Shown here one piece after another: positions 23,962-37,445 of a stretch of DNA of 64,000 bases; the first letter of the stretch is position 1; the number at the start of each line of letters is the position of its first letter. The notes below the pieces were generated by a model that saw only the letters and a list, made by a program, of their open reading frames with translations, was not told the DNA's origin and searched no databases. The DNA lies in contig NC_083276.1 in the NCBI RefSeq assembly GCF_963506605.1, positions 81,592,001-81,656,000 on the forward strand, read 5' to 3'. The DNA comes from Zootoca vivipara. Its lineage: Eukaryota. A program made the position numbers and the translations under genes.

Positions 23962-24486
23962 CTACAAAGAAAGATGGCAGTAAGTGGTTGTATAAGCAGA
24001 GGGGAAAAGGGCCCAGCTGGCCTGTCCTTAAAGCAGATGTCACATCTATCCATCATCTAGCTGGCCATACTGTCAGTGCCAAAAGAAGCTTACAATTGCT
24101 TGGAAGTTTCAGGACCACAAACCAAGCAGCTGCACAATGAAATAAAACTAGAGATGACTTTTATGTGACGGCATATGCAAGGATCACCCTTATTTGGACT
24201 GGATTCTTAAATTCCACCAACCCCAACTAGCATGCCCAGTAACCAAAGAGGGTGGGAACCGGTGCCCAACATTTTTTTGGGGGGGGTTGTTGTTTTATTT
24301 TGATTATATATTTTGTGGTTTTGTGGTTTTATATTTTGATTTTCTTCTATAAACCGCCCTGAGACCTCCGGTATATAAATTCTATAAACAAACAATATCT
24401 GGAGGGCCGCAAGTTAGTTACCCTTCATTAGTACATGACGCACCAGCCATCAAAACAACAAAAGCGCAATCAGTCGATGGCACCGA

Positions 24487-24490
<4 letters not shown>

Positions 24491-24570
<80 letters not shown>
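24491..24570. repeat. (GAAA)20 microsatellite
   Basis: 80 nt of perfect GAAA units in TMX2 intron 1. Confidence 0.97.
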
Positions 24571-24572
<2 letters not shown>

Positions 24573-24765
24573 CATCTGTCTCTTTCCTTCCAGTCGGAGA
24601 GTCGAATGTCTGCGGGACGAGGATGCCAAACGGCAGATCTCGACTTCTCTGGGCAAAGGGGAGAAACGGAGCGTTCTCTTCCCGGCAGTTCGCCGGATGA
24701 GCCCCATAGAGGAAAGAGGGCGTGAGGGGGGCCCCTGTCAGAAGGTGCTCCGGGCAAGGCCTCAC

Positions 24766-24954
24766 CCAGTCGAAGTCACAGGGGTTCCCGTCCTCGCGCT
24801 GGGTGGGCAGCCCGTGGCATAACGGCGGCACCTTCCGCACCAGCAGGAAGGCAGCCGAGAGCAGAAGCGACAGCGGGTAGTAGGGCTGCGCCAGCCATCG
24901 GCAGATTCCAGGCACGGAGTAGATCAGGGCCAGCAGCGGAGCAAGCACCGCCAT
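24766..24954 (-). CDS. TMX2: TMX2 exon 1
   Basis: [26 protein letters not shown]...[11 protein letters not shown], donor gtgag; total CDS 888 nt = 295 aa. Confidence 0.96.
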
Positions 24955-25363
24955 CTTCACCTCACCCTGACCGAGCCCCCGCGCCTGCCTGCGGCGCACG
25001 CTCGTCGTTCCTCCACTCTGGCTCGCTGGCCAATACCTACGCCAATCAACGGAAAGGCGGAGCTTAGAGAAACACCGCGCGCTTTCATTGGCCGATTTCA
25101 GAATCGCTGTGATGGATTCGGAATACAAACTAGATTGCTTTCCGGAGACCTCTCGACGCATTCTGTTGACGTCATGCCGCCATCCAAAAAATACGTCACG
25201 AGAAAGCAGAGTGCCATCCAATCGGAACGTGGCGCAGTTTCCAGGTTAGTTAGCCAATCATACGTAAGAGGAGGGTTCACCGCCTTCCAATGAAAACTAG
25301 GCGAGCAGAGGGGACAGCCAAGATCCGAAGCCAATGGGAGGAGATTGCGCGGAGCACGCCGGG
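24955..25363. promoter_or_regulatory. Bidirectional CpG-island promoter TMX2/MED19
   Basis: 409 bp between divergent ATGs; seven CCAAT/ATTGG boxes (25030, 25042, 25087, 25218, 25254, 25287, 25331), CRE palindrome TGACGTCA 25167-25174, YY1-like GCCGCCAT. Confidence 0.85.
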
Positions 25364-25556
25364 ATGATGGAGAATTTCTCCGCTCTCTTCGGAGGGACAG
25401 AACCGCCTCCGCCTAGCACAGCCGCCGCGCTGGGCTTTGGTCCAGGGAAACCCGGAGGACCGGGGACTGGGCCAGCTCCCGTCCCTGCGGTGACCCCCGT
25501 CGGAGAGAAAGCGGCGGCCGCTAGTGGCCCGTTCTACCTAATGCGCGAGTTACCAG
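25364..25556 (+). CDS. MED19: Mediator subunit 19, exon 1
   Basis: MMENFSALFGG...LGFGPGKP...GPFYLMRELP-G; donor gtatgt (start could be 25367 or 25334). Confidence 0.93.
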
Positions 25557-26647
25557 GTATGTGGCTGTTGGAGGGGCGGGCTTCGGGGGGGCTATTCAGC
25601 CTACCGTAATTTAGAGGCGGGCCTTGCATCCTTGGCCAATGCCAACGAGGCGTTGCGGGGGAATGGCCCAATAGAGATTCGCGGTTGCGTCTTGATGGGC
25701 ACTCCTCCCTGTTCCTGTGGGAACTTAGACCCAACAGTCGACGCTGACGACTTCGCGGAAGCGCCGCTAGTGGTGGGATTTCGATTGGCAGTTGCCTGGG
25801 GCCCAATGAGGTGTCGGATTGAAAAAGGGAGGCGGGGTCAGGCTGTGCATCCGCATTTGGCGCTGCCGAGACGGAAGCCGCTGAAGTTCATTAACTTCAA
25901 GACAAGCAGCTGTTTGCCTTTCCTGTTTTAATAGATGCTTGCTGTAATAATCTATATGGAAGGTCCGTCTGAAAAGCACTGTCTAAATACCATGAGCAAA
26001 TAGGACCCAGTGAACATGTAACAACACTATGCCAAAACCTGGCTTAGCACACGAGAGCAAGCATTCCCAGAGCAAAGGCTGTGGCTGTTGCACTACCATG
26101 CTTTGGCTCAGCACTGCATGCTGACTCGGGGTTCATGGTTGTCTCCCCTAAACTATGAGTGATCAACAACAAACAGCTCATGGCTTGTCGGGAGAGACAG
26201 AACATGAGCCCAGGTTTGGATGTAATGCAGGACTCGGGAAGAAGCACAGCAACCATGATTTGCGTGAAGCCATGAATTGGCTTAGTGTTGTGTGCAAACT
26301 ATTGCTTTGTTACCAGACGAGGGTCCTACAAACCATTACCTTGAAGCAACCTCCCATGGAATAATAGGGCTTTAGGGATTTTCTTCCCAGGATGCCACAG
26401 CCTATCAAGAAGAGAAGTACATTTCCAGAAAGCAGAGCAAAGCTTTTTCTTGATCTGGCTTCACCAAAAGCATTTTGGGTGTATGAGGCTGGACATGTCC
26501 TCTTGTCATCTCAACAAAGAATTCAGTTGCAGGTGCAAGTAGTGTCTTATTTGAAGGATTTGCTTGCCAGATTCTATCTGCCTTTGTCCTGTTACTCCCA
26601 ACAAGCCAAACATAGGCAGTATTGTCATGTCCTTTGTTCTTTGCCAG

Positions 26648-26904
26648 GTACTACAGAACTAACAGGGAGCACAAACCTGATCACCCACTACAACCTGGAG
26701 CATGCCTACAACAAATTTTGTGGCAAAAAGGTGAAGGAGAAGCTCAGCAACTTCCTGCCAGACCTACCAGGGATGATAGATTTGCCAGGTTCACATGACA
26801 ACAGCAGCCTGCGCTCTCTCATTGAGAAACCCCCCATCTGCAGCAGTTCGTTCAACCCTATCACTGGTACCATGTTAACAGGCTTTCGTCTCCATGCAGG
26901 CCCG
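26648..26904 (+). CDS. MED19: MED19 exon 2
   Basis: TTELTGSTNLITHYNLEHAYNKFCGKKVKEKLSNFLPDLPGMID...GFRLHAGP; 257 nt. Confidence 0.96.
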
Positions 26905-27162
26905 GTAAGTTAGAGTTGGGGGCTGCAAGGGAAGAAGGAAATATTGACTGTTGGTGGGAAAAGAATGTTCTGAATGACAAAAATAAATAAATAAAATTAT
27001 GGCAGCATTGGAAATAGATGTTAGGGTGCACTGGAGAATATGAGTACTGGGAGAAACTTCTAAGAGTCCAGTAGAATGGGATCCATCTCCCTTGATGGAA
27101 TAAGCAGTAGTAGGTAGGCTGAAGTTAGGGAGGGATCCCAGGCAGGAGGATTCACAGAAGTA

Positions 27163-27393
27163 CAGTGGAACCTCGGGTTACGTACCGTCCTCCTTACGAA
27201 CGCTTTGGGTTACGAGCTCCGCTAACACGGAAGTAGGTGTTCTGGGTGGCAAACTTTGCCCTGGGATGCAAGTGGAAGTCGTGTGGCAGCAGCGGGAGGC
27301 TCCATTAGCAAAAGCGCGCCTTGGGTTAAGAACAGTTTTGGGTTAATAATGGACCTCCGGAACGAATTAAGTTCGTAAATGGAGGTCCCACTG
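27163..27393. mobile_element. Tc1/mariner (Tigger-like) MITE
   Basis: TA|cagtggaacctc...gaggtcccactg|TA termini with TA TSD. Confidence 0.8.
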
Positions 27394-27728
27394 TACTGCC
27401 AAATTTAGTGCTCTCTTTTGCAGAGCAGGTATGAAACGGAACGTTGACTCATATGTGAATTCCAGAGTAATGCTTTAGCCGTATTCTGTGAAGGGTAGAT
27501 AGCCAAGGAGTCTAGGGAGCGCTGAGCTCATAACAGACCCAAGTACTTAGTGAACCTAGTAGAAACTTTTCTTGCAAGTTTTGATGGGGGATAATGGTGG
27601 GACCAGGTTACCAAAGAGACAAGCAATCCCCTCCCTGCAAATGATTACGCCTGTGGTTATTGTCTGGAACAACAGATGTGGTATTCAGTGGACTAACATG
27701 CTCTTTTCTTTCTTTTGCACTGCCTCAG

Positions 27729-27825
27729 CTGCCAGAGCAGTGTCGCTTAATGCACATCCAGCCACCTAAGAAAAAAAACAAGCACAAACACAAGCAGAGT
27801 CGTACCCAGGATCCTGTACCTCCAG
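27729..27825 (+). CDS. MED19: MED19 exon 3
   Basis: LPEQCRLMHIQPPKKKNKHKHKQSRTQDPVPP; 97 nt. Confidence 0.96.
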
Positions 27826-27972
27826 GTAAGAAGCTTCCTCCTTGGGCCCTGTGGTTGCATTTGCCCTCACCAACCCCTTCCAATTTAGCATTCCACAGTC
27901 CAGCAGCCTAAGCTACCACAATTTCTGCCTCGTCAAAAGTGTCTGCTTCAGTTCCTTTTCTCTTCTTGGCAG

Positions 27973-28067
27973 AAACTCCTTCAGATTCTGACCACAAGAA
28001 GAAAAAGAAGAAGAAAGAGGATGACCCTGAGCGGAAAAGGAAGAAGAAGGAGAAGAAGAAAAAGAAA
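27973..28067 (+). CDS. MED19: MED19 exon 4
   Basis: ETPSDSDHKKKKKKKEDDPERKRKKKEKKKKK; 95 nt. Confidence 0.95.
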
Positions 28068-28213
28068 GTAAGTTGGGAAGAATGCTTCCACCAGCTCAAG
28101 TAATTGTACCTTCAGGTGCCAGAGAACGGACTGACCTTTTCTCCTGGCCTTTCATTCTTGTTGAGAACTTTCATTCTCATTCTTGCATGTGTGTCCATTT
28201 TGTTTTTCTTTAG

Positions 28214-28282
28214 AATCGGCATAGCCCTGAACACCCTGGTGTGGGCAGCTCTCAGGCCAGCAGCAGCAGCAGCCTCCGGTAA
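28214..28282 (+). CDS. MED19: MED19 exon 5
   Basis: NRHSPEHPGVGSSQASSSSSLR*; total CDS 711 nt. Confidence 0.95.
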   Translation, partial: NRHSPEHPGVGSSQASSSSSLR

Positions 28283-29052
28283 AGTCCTGCCAGAGAGTTA
28301 CCTTGGAAGGTGCTACAGCTTTGACAAGAAAAGGAGGAAGAGCAATAATGGGGGAGTCACCACAGACTCATATACTTCCCCTGCTTCCCCTTCACCCCTA
28401 CTGAGTGGAACTTCTGGGACTCCATTGATCCCCTCTATAAGGAACACAGACTTTGCCTGCGACACAATGCAGACTGGTGTCTTTATATGGGAGCCCTGCC
28501 TACTCGGGGAGGGTTTTTTTCTTCTTTTCCTTTTTACAGAATGTTCCTGACCAAGTTGGGATGTGTCTGCCTCGTGATTTAGTTAAACCTTTGTTGGAGC
28601 ACTTGGGAGGGTCTAGAACCTCCTCTCATATCATGGGCTTTCAAACTGCACTGTGAATAGATAGGGTTAGAGACTCCAGAAGTGCTTTCTTTTGTAAAGT
28701 GTGGCCCAAGGCTAGTGGGTGAGATAGTCTCCTAAGTAGAAAGAGCTACTGTGATCGGGCTTTTTCGAAATAGGAGAATGGGAGAAACGGCTGAATTGTG
28801 AGGTGGGAGTAAAGAGAAGACAAGGTTGGTTTTATCTTCCCGGAGTTGACCCATGCTGATAAGTAGGCCTGCTTTAATATCATCACCTGGAGAGTTAAGT
28901 CGAAAGCTTTGACCAAATTTCTTTTAACAGTGGAAGCATGTGAGTCAAGAAGCTGTACTGTGAATCCAAGGACAGAACTGTATATATGGTGATATTTCCC
29001 CCTAAGGGCTCACTTGCCAGGTAAAGGCTTCTCTACATGTAGTCCCTTTAAA

Positions 29053-29058
29053 AATAAA
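29053..29058 (+). terminator. Candidate MED19 polyA signal (second candidate 29840-29845)
   Basis: AATAAA downstream of the stop. Confidence 0.45.
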
Positions 29059-31346
29059 ACTTGAAAACAAAAAAAAAGCTGACATCATTTAAATCTTTGC
29101 CAGCAGAAGGGAGAAAGTGGAATCTTCGGCCACAGACTTCAGCTGTGAACAGATGGAAGCCTCTTTCTGGAACCTGGACGAATAGAAACCATTGCTTTCC
29201 TCTGTCCTCTTCTTCTGATTTTTTCTGAATTAGTACCTTAGCACAGCACCCTGGCAGAAATGGTTCCTTAAACTGTCAGCTGGTCATCTTGATGGCTAGT
29301 CTGTCCCACTTCTAAAGCCAAGGTGGTGATGAATCGGCCCCTATCTACTGCACCAAAATTCCTTGGAGTGACAAGAGGAATGTGCTTGGAAATAGCCTGC
29401 CATCTTAACTGCTTCTTTTTTCCTATAGGAAGGGGAATTTCATCCACAGTTAAAACATCTCTTTCCTGAGCTTAAGAATCAGAATGAGGGTGGAACTGCA
29501 CTTTGATCAAGAGTGCCTCTTAGGGACAAACAGGGCATGAGAATTTCAGGACCCTGACTGAAGTTCCTGTAACTTCTTAAAATCAAATTCCCCCAATATA
29601 AATTTTCTTCCTCAAGGGGTAAATGTGGTTCCCACCCCCAGTGAATAAGCTGCTCCAGGGAGACTGTTTTTTTCATGGAAACAGCTCCCCCCCCCCCGGT
29701 GTTGTGAATCCAATCCAAATATCCCACCTATCAATTTTTTAAAAGTTGAGATCCCTGCATAGATCGCCTTATCAGTCCTTTCACAGAGATGATAGATGTC
29801 ACTTGGAAATGAAATGCAGATGCTCTGGCTCACAGTATTAATAAATTGCTTTCTAGTGATACTGCTTGTCTCTTATGCTGGTCTACTTGCACAGAAAGGC
29901 TTGCTTAATGTCAAAGGACTCCTATGAAGTACTGTAGGAGTTTGTGCAGACTTCATGTTGCTCCATGGGGGAGCTTGCTTTACACCCAGTGCTTTTTATG
30001 GAAAAGTATAGACTTTTTGGTAAAGTAGGCCTAGTTGGGCATTCAGATACATAGGTATTTCACTGATAACAGCAAGATGCAGTGATTCAGTTGAGAAGGT
30101 GGAAAGTGGAAATCATGAAAATCAACTCATCTCATTTATTTACTATGTTTGTGTCCTACCTTCCTTCTAAGAAGCTCAAGACAGTATACATACTTTCTAC
30201 CCTCCCTCTGTTCCACTTTATGCATACAGCAACCCTGTAGGCTAGGCTGAGTGTGATTGGCCTAAGAACGCCCAGTGAGTTTTTGGTGCCCCTGCTATGA
30301 CACCATAACCATTACGCTACACTACCTGGGTACCAAAGGAAGGAGTTGGGTTCTCCACCTGTAGATCCTCCTCCTGATATACCAGGCTAATAAATATTAA
30401 AAGAGAAAAGGGTGGTTGGACAGAGTTTTTTTAAATTCTCTTCCTCCTTGCATTTTGAAGATATTTGTAACTAAAATTACTAGGTCCTGGATCTATTTTC
30501 AGTACACTCCCGTTGCGGCCCTTGAACAATCTGACTGCCATTTCCTTTGCTCTCAGTACCTTTGGAAGAGCAGTATGAGCTGTTTATTCCATCTCCATCT
30601 TCTTCACCATTTTGCTATAGACAACAAAGTAATGAACCGAGCTGAAGCAGTAAATGGGGATCATATAATAATGCTTTGCTTGCTACTCTTCCATGTGCTT
30701 ACAAAAGAAAGCTGATGATAATAAAGGGAAAGGATGAAAGTCTACTCCACTCCCGACTCTTCTCTACCCCCAATTATCACATGCATCTAAATTAAAAGCC
30801 ATTGCTAGTAGGAAAGGTGGGGCAAAACTGGCTGATCCTGTTCCTCTAAGTGACTGGTGATTTCTGCATCCTGAAGAACAGGTAAGGAATACTTTCTCTG
30901 TTCCCAACCCAACCCAGAACCATCAGAAAAATACTGTCCTCTCCTCTGCAGCCCTGGGGATATGTTTCAGGGAAGGGAAACGCACCTTCAGCCTCCCCCG
31001 GATGTTACAGAACTTCAACACCCATTGGCCATGTTTGCTGGGGCTGATGGACATGTAGTTCACAAACATCTGGAGGACCAAAGATTCCCTCCCCAGATCA
31101 TCCTGTGTGTCAGGTGGATGTTCCCATGCAAGTAGCTCCACAGGCAGCATTTTAGTATTAAGAAAAAAATCCAGGCTGAACTGGGCAGCATCAATAGGAA
31201 TTGTGGAAGGTAACAGAAACTGGTGTGAACAATCTGCTTCTAAAATTCTTTAGAATAACGTAAATAGGCAGCACAGGAGTACACACCTGAGGGGAACCAA
31301 GTCACCCTTCATGTCAGCCGTAAGACAATACAAGTAGGACTAACCT

Positions 31347-31579
31347 TAGGGTTGCCACTATTTGAAACAGTGAAAATCCAGACAGAAAAAATGTTGAGCT
31401 TTTTTTTAGTTTTGCCCAAAATTGTTGAGCTTTGATGTTTTTGAGCTATTTTAAGGGAAAACGAGCAATGCTAACGTGGGCTGCCATATGTTTGGATTTT
31501 CCCAGACATTTGGCCAATTTCTGCTGGAAAATGCAGTATTCTGGTATGTCTGGGAAATTCTGCACGTATGGCAATCCTA
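31347..31579. mobile_element. Old hAT/Tip100-like MITE
   Basis: Termini tagggttgcca...tggcaatccta; no clean TSD. Confidence 0.55.
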
Positions 31580-31734
31580 CCAACACCCAAAGCATTGCAC
31601 TGGGGCAGTTTTGAAATGAGACAACACCCATCCACTACTAGTAGCACCAGGAAGGTGTGCAATATTTCTTTGTACATAGAAATGCACCACACCAATAATG
31701 TGCAACTCATACATTAACAAAAAAAAGGATAGTG

Positions 31735-32130
31735 ACACTTTAAAAGACTTAACAGTTATTGTGTCATAAGGTTTCATGGGCCAGAGCCCACTTTGTAAAA
31801 TGCACAAAGCGGCATTCTTGGTTCACATGTAAAAGGGGAGGCGGCATTATAAATGCAATGCAATCCTAGCAGAGTAGATGCAAACTTTCCCAAATATTAA
31901 CTGCCTGCCAAAAACAAGATGGTGTACAGGAACACCAAAAATGGGACAGCTGTGTGAGAGAGACACTCCCTAACTATACTGAGACTAAGTTAGGGTGTCA
32001 GATCTGAAAATGAATTCCAACTCTGCAACATCATTCTGTAGCCTCCCTTTGAAATCTTTTTTTGTTACAAAGTATGGCAACTTTATAAAGTCTCTTACAC
32101 AATGGCCAGACAGACTCCTGTAACATGAAA
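31735..32130 (-). mobile_element. Degraded Penelope-like retroelement fragment
   Basis: Minus strand reads KKDFKGRLQNDVAELEFIFRSDTL (GIY-YIG C-terminal-like); flank resembles the reptile Penelope end (cataaggtttcatgggccagagcccactt). Confidence 0.5.
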
Positions 32131-34904
32131 GCTGCCATACTTTATTAGCAGTTGGGAATGTGTCACGCCCTGATTATATCTTTCGTAGCACAACTCTCTC
32201 TTGTATTACTGAGCCCTCTGACTCTTGTTTCTGCACAGATGTTTATCTCCACCCATTTAAGATAAAGATGACAAAGTGAGTTCTAGCTCATGACAGTTTT
32301 CCCCTGCAATAAATTTTGTTGAAGGTACAATTAAACTGCTAAATTTTGTGTGATTTGCATATTTACAAGAGGGCTTTGGGATGAAGGTTTGAGTGGTGTG
32401 CTAATTGCAGAAAAATATGCCTCTCTCCCTTTTTACTGGTTTCTTTTAAACTTCTACATTAGCCTTTTGCTCTCTGCACCCCACAGCACCTCTTCTCCTG
32501 CTATACAGCCACAGGGTTCCCCGCACCACCTCCTTCAGCCCACAGGTAAATCTGCACCACAGCCTCTTAACAATGCAATAGTCCAGCTGAATCAAACCAA
32601 TAGCCCATCTCATCCAACATCTTGCTTCACACCATGTTAAACCACCTGCCTCTAAGCAAGCCTGAGGACAGTGACAGCCCTTTCCTGCTGTAAACCTAAC
32701 AGCATTTAGTGGCATGCTGCTTTCTGAAGACCAAGGCACCATTGACAAACCTATTCTCCAGCCATCTAATGTAGCACCCATCACTGCTTGGAGCAGTGAA
32801 TGCCAGGCCTTTTAAGTATGCACTGGATGAAGTGCTCCTTTTTATTATTATCTTCAATCTACACCACAGCAAAGTTCACTTGGGAATCTCAATTTCTGGT
32901 GTTGACAGAAAGGCAGTAAAGCTCACCCAACATTATGCATAACATTACAACCCTCTGCCGTATTTTCTTACCCTCCCCCATCAATCTAAAAAGTTTACAT
33001 ATTGAAAGAGGTCCAGTCCTTGGCTGGCTTATCCGTTGACAGCTGGTAGCTGGTCCCAGATCCACTAGCAACCTTTGAATGCAGACACCTGCTGGTGTAA
33101 TGATGTGTAGACAATCCCCCTCTTTTTTGTCTGGGTCCTACATATTCCCACAAAGAAGAAATGGGTCACAAACAATGAGGTTTTGTCCTTCTGCCAAGAA
33201 AATAGTAAGCGGTCTGAAATCTGCTACCAGGTCATGCTGTATGGCAGACATTCAACTTTTGCAGACCCAGGGCCCACTTTTAACTCAAACATGCATTTAG
33301 GGACCCATTTCTTAATCTCTTACCTTAATATTTGCATGGTGGCACAGCTCCTGTTGCGACCCACCTTGGATCAGGCCCTGATGCACCAGTTGAAGACCAG
33401 TGGTGCATGGAACTATTATTTACATACACAAATATGCCTCAACATAAAACATCCACTGTATTGAACATTTTGGTTTACCTATATTGACTAGCACTGAAGT
33501 AAATTGCAGAGCTCAAATAGTTTGAAACAATGATTAAATTCAAAAAAAATTGTGGCTCTCCCTTCGAAACAGAAGTCACAACAAAATCACATTCCATTCC
33601 TTCTTCTAAGATTTAGGCACAAGTAAGCTTAGATGGATTACACGTGGCAGGTAGCAAGGTAGGCAAGGTTAAGGACTATTCTTTTGTAATTTGGGAAAAA
33701 TTATGGCCCTGGAAGGTCTGCTTTGGTGGGGTTTCTTTCTTTTTTTTGTGAAGGCTAAAAAATAACTTGAGTGGTCAATAGGGCATAGCTGCCTCACAGA
33801 CCAATGTATTCTATGCAAAGACAGCAGACTTTGTGGACATACCGTAACCATACTATACATACAGCTAGCTATGTTTTTGTTTTTATTTTTGTAAGTCACA
33901 CAGAGAACTTTGCATAAAAAAATAGATATCTGTGCTTCTGTCAAATGTTTTTGAGGAGTAAATAACACCTTTTTGAGTGATGGGAATAGCTACCCATGCT
34001 CTTATCTTTGTCAAATGTACATTACTTTGATTTCTATTTTTGATCAAGTATTATATTTCATTTGTGGGCAGCTGTTCAGCATGCAACACAGCCAATATTT
34101 CAAAAATATGTAGAACAGGCAAATTAATGCTACGCAACTGAACGATTAATTTTCAAAAGGAATAATGACCATTAGCAAAAGAGTAACCGATGCCAAAAGA
34201 CACTGACCTGCACTGACCACAGAAACTGTGGGCAGCCCATTTGTGTTACCCAAGTAGACACCATCACCAATCACGTCTGTGGCACTTTTAATTAGCAAAG
34301 TGTGTTACAATCTTTATTTGCGCCCTCACAACAACCCTGTGAGGTAGGTCACTGCTGTACTCAATTTTATAAATTTGGAACTGGGATCAAAAATGATTTG
34401 CTCAGTGAGAAACTATGGCAGAAGCAGAAGATGGATTCAGATCTCCTGCCTAGTGCTTAGCCCTATTCTTTACTCATGACATCTGCTTTTTTGGGGTGGT
34501 GGTGGTGGCAGACTTACAAGCCTGGAAACATGGCAGCCTTCTTCAATGCTAACCATTAGCTTCTTGCAGTCAAAAGCCCAAATGGTTGACTGAAGCTCAT
34601 CAAGTCACTCCCTGTTCATTTGTTTCCCTTTGCAACGGTGTGAATCAAATATAATTTAAAGTTAATTTCATAACAAAGTTACGTCATTACTCTCCAAGGG
34701 GGTCTCTTGAAATGTGGTATGACAAGACTTGCAGATTCTTAATGCGCCAATGTGTGAGAGGGGGAGGGTTCAGTTCAACAAGCCTGTGCAAAGCTGTACA
34801 GCTAGGCCAATCCAACCTGTATTAGCAGAACCCGTAATACTATTCTGTGCAGCAGTGTCATAAAGAGATATTTAAAACAGAGTACTACAGTTCAAAAGAA
34901 TATG

Positions 34905-35130
34905 AGACTTATGATTACAAGAAGAAGCTAAAGGGGCTGAGTGTGTTCAGCTCACAAAAGATTAAGAGATGCTGTTGACCATCTCAAAAATAGCAGATAC
35001 AAAAGGGGTTTTAAAAGGGGGGGCAGATTTAAAATTATACGGAAACTGCCAAGAGTTACCAGTAAGGGCTGATCAGCAATGGAACCAGCTGCTTAGGCAA
35101 GTTGAAGAATCTTCTTCCTTAAAAGATCAC
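34905..35130 (+). mobile_element. Degraded CR1 LINE 3' fragment
   Basis: gctaaaggggctgagtgtgttcagc...cagtaagggctgatcagcaatggaac resembles the CR1 ORF2 end. Confidence 0.45.
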
Positions 35131-37445
35131 CATGGAAATGCTGGGAACGGAACCTTAAAAGGTCATCAGTTCCAAGTAAGGACCCTCCACACAATCACTT
35201 ACAATATTGCAGTTGTTTTTCACACAGCACCATCTGTGTGTGTGGCATGTTATAAAGTAGAGGTCTGACATGCCCTTATCCCAAGCAGCCTTCAATCTTA
35301 AAAAAAAGCAGAAGAGAACAGAGGCAGGGACAGATGAGGGAAGAATATGCAGCCATCTCAATTATATGTACTTCAGGTGGGAACTAAAGGAGCATCCCAT
35401 AGGGGAAGACACCACCCCCTCTCTATCCCTGGCAAAATATATCATGTGTTTCTCTCCCGCCCCCAATCCCAGTATGAGGCTGTGTCTAGCTGCTATATGT
35501 TGAGAATTCAACAGGGACAGTTTTCATCATAATTTCTGTGCAATTTACGGCAGAAATTGGTTGAGGCTGTCCCTTCCAACTTACACTGCATGCAGATTTG
35601 GTGGTATGGAAGCGTACCATGGCAAGGCGCACTGTTGTGGAAGTTAAGTTAGTCTTGTCTCCTAGCAAAAAGGCAAATGAACAGCAGCTAGTGAGAAGCC
35701 AGGGTTCCCAAGATCACTTGAATTAGAATTCATTACAGAGCAGCCTAATGAGTCCCACCCACAGGCTATTAGAATTAAGACTTTCTACAATCCTACTAGT
35801 CTTCACTGGGAACTCCCTTTTCTTGAAGACTGCCTGCTATAGGATTATAGCCTGCTTTCATGAAGGTGTCTGTCAGATGCTTAGTCGCCATTACTGTACT
35901 ACCACAGCCTTACTCAGCTCTTCCAGATGATGAGCAGGTATTGGGAGATACAAACGAGGTTCAAAGGCTTCTCCTTGAGGCAAAGTAAGCAACATCAAGG
36001 CTCTGGCTCAGAACTGTAATTGGGGCAATTAGCACTCTTGCTGTCATCAACAAGAAGCAGAACACTTAAAAGAGCCGCTGAAGAGCTTAAGCACACATTC
36101 TGGGATAATTTTAAACGTAACTCACCAAGGTGGAAACATCTATGGAAACTGAATCACTCTAGATAGAAGGACCAAGCAGGCCTAAAACCATTACTGCTGT
36201 AGCCGGTTCTGAGCCAAGCCCCTTCCTAAGTCTCTAAAGTAGAAGAATTCAGGAGAATCTGTTTCCATAGTTAATAAAAGAATTAATGAAATAAAGCACT
36301 GACTTTATGCATGAACATCATGGTTGTTATTAGCACTTATGACATATATATTTTAAGTGTTTATCTACCAGAAATTAGAAATCACATTACGCTGATGTAT
36401 ACAAACAGCAGTTGTGTGTATTTATTTATTTATTTAATGCACTTTTATACTCCACCCTTCTTCTATAAAGCATCACTCAGGGCATCTCTTTATGAAATTT
36501 AGAGACTGTAACTACCTTCTATATCAATGGTACTATTTAAGTAATATTGGGCATGTCAATAACTTTCCCACACGAATCAATGAGAAGCATGGGTTTAATA
36601 CTGAAATCAAGGGGACTTTGTCGTGCCTAGTTTTGGCTGGATTAAGACATCTCACCTGGCAACTGTTGCCATATAGATAGCTGCATCACTTGCTCATAGC
36701 TTCCTCCAAAGTCCTTTAGATTCCTTTTCTGTGAAATTCTATTATTTGAATATAAAAATTACCGGCTGCAGTTGAGCCACATGCTCCTCACAAGAAGTGG
36801 TTTTCCAACCATCTGTATCAGAACTGCAGGATAAGGAGGATATATATATATATGCTTGGTGTCCAATATTTTCATCAAGGTGTGAAGGAAACAAAAACAA
36901 AGAGAATGTAGACTTGAATGTAGCAAAGATGGAAATTTCACTAATAACACAGAACTTCATTTGAAATGCTGTGCAGTTTTATCAATTGAGATGGAACACA
37001 GTTTAGAATGTAGCAAGTGCAGTTGAGGGTTATTTGTTTTAATGGCATTTTTATATTTGTTTCTTTCCTTTTCTATTGCAAGCCACTTCGAGGCCTAGCC
37101 CTTAACCTAGGGTATAATATGCAACTACTTTCTGAACCAGTCCTCCATTGTAAGCCTCCTCTGTAACGAGGTTTGGAATGTAGATGACTGAATGAGCATT
37201 CCTCACTTACCTTCTTGGGAAACCTTTTGCACCAGCTCTGGAAATCAGCACAATGCCTGCAGTTCGAATTACCAAGGATCAGAAGCTAGTAATGTCCTTC
37301 CTACGGAACCATTTTGGGTGGGCATGGCAAGCAATACTGAAGGATAACCACCAGGACCTTTCTCCTCCCCAGGTTAACAAAACAAAACAAAACAAAACAA
37401 AACAAAACTACACAAGCATGGAGGGAGTGGCTCATTATATAATTT

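Noticed and set aside
24418-25221. 267-aa ORF with (FLSF)n repeat and the opposite-strand (KKER)n ORF
   Set aside because: Only 24766-24954 is TMX2 exon 1; the rest is promoter, intron and the GAAA microsatellite
30326-30614. Two possible minus-strand micro-exons (30560-30614 and 30326-30386) with AG/GT ends
   Set aside because: No recognisable homology, weak donors, no start or stop context; needs RNA-seq
32350-32816. Low-complexity P/Q/S-rich reading frames
   Set aside because: Interrupted by stops, no recognisable family or coherent exon chain
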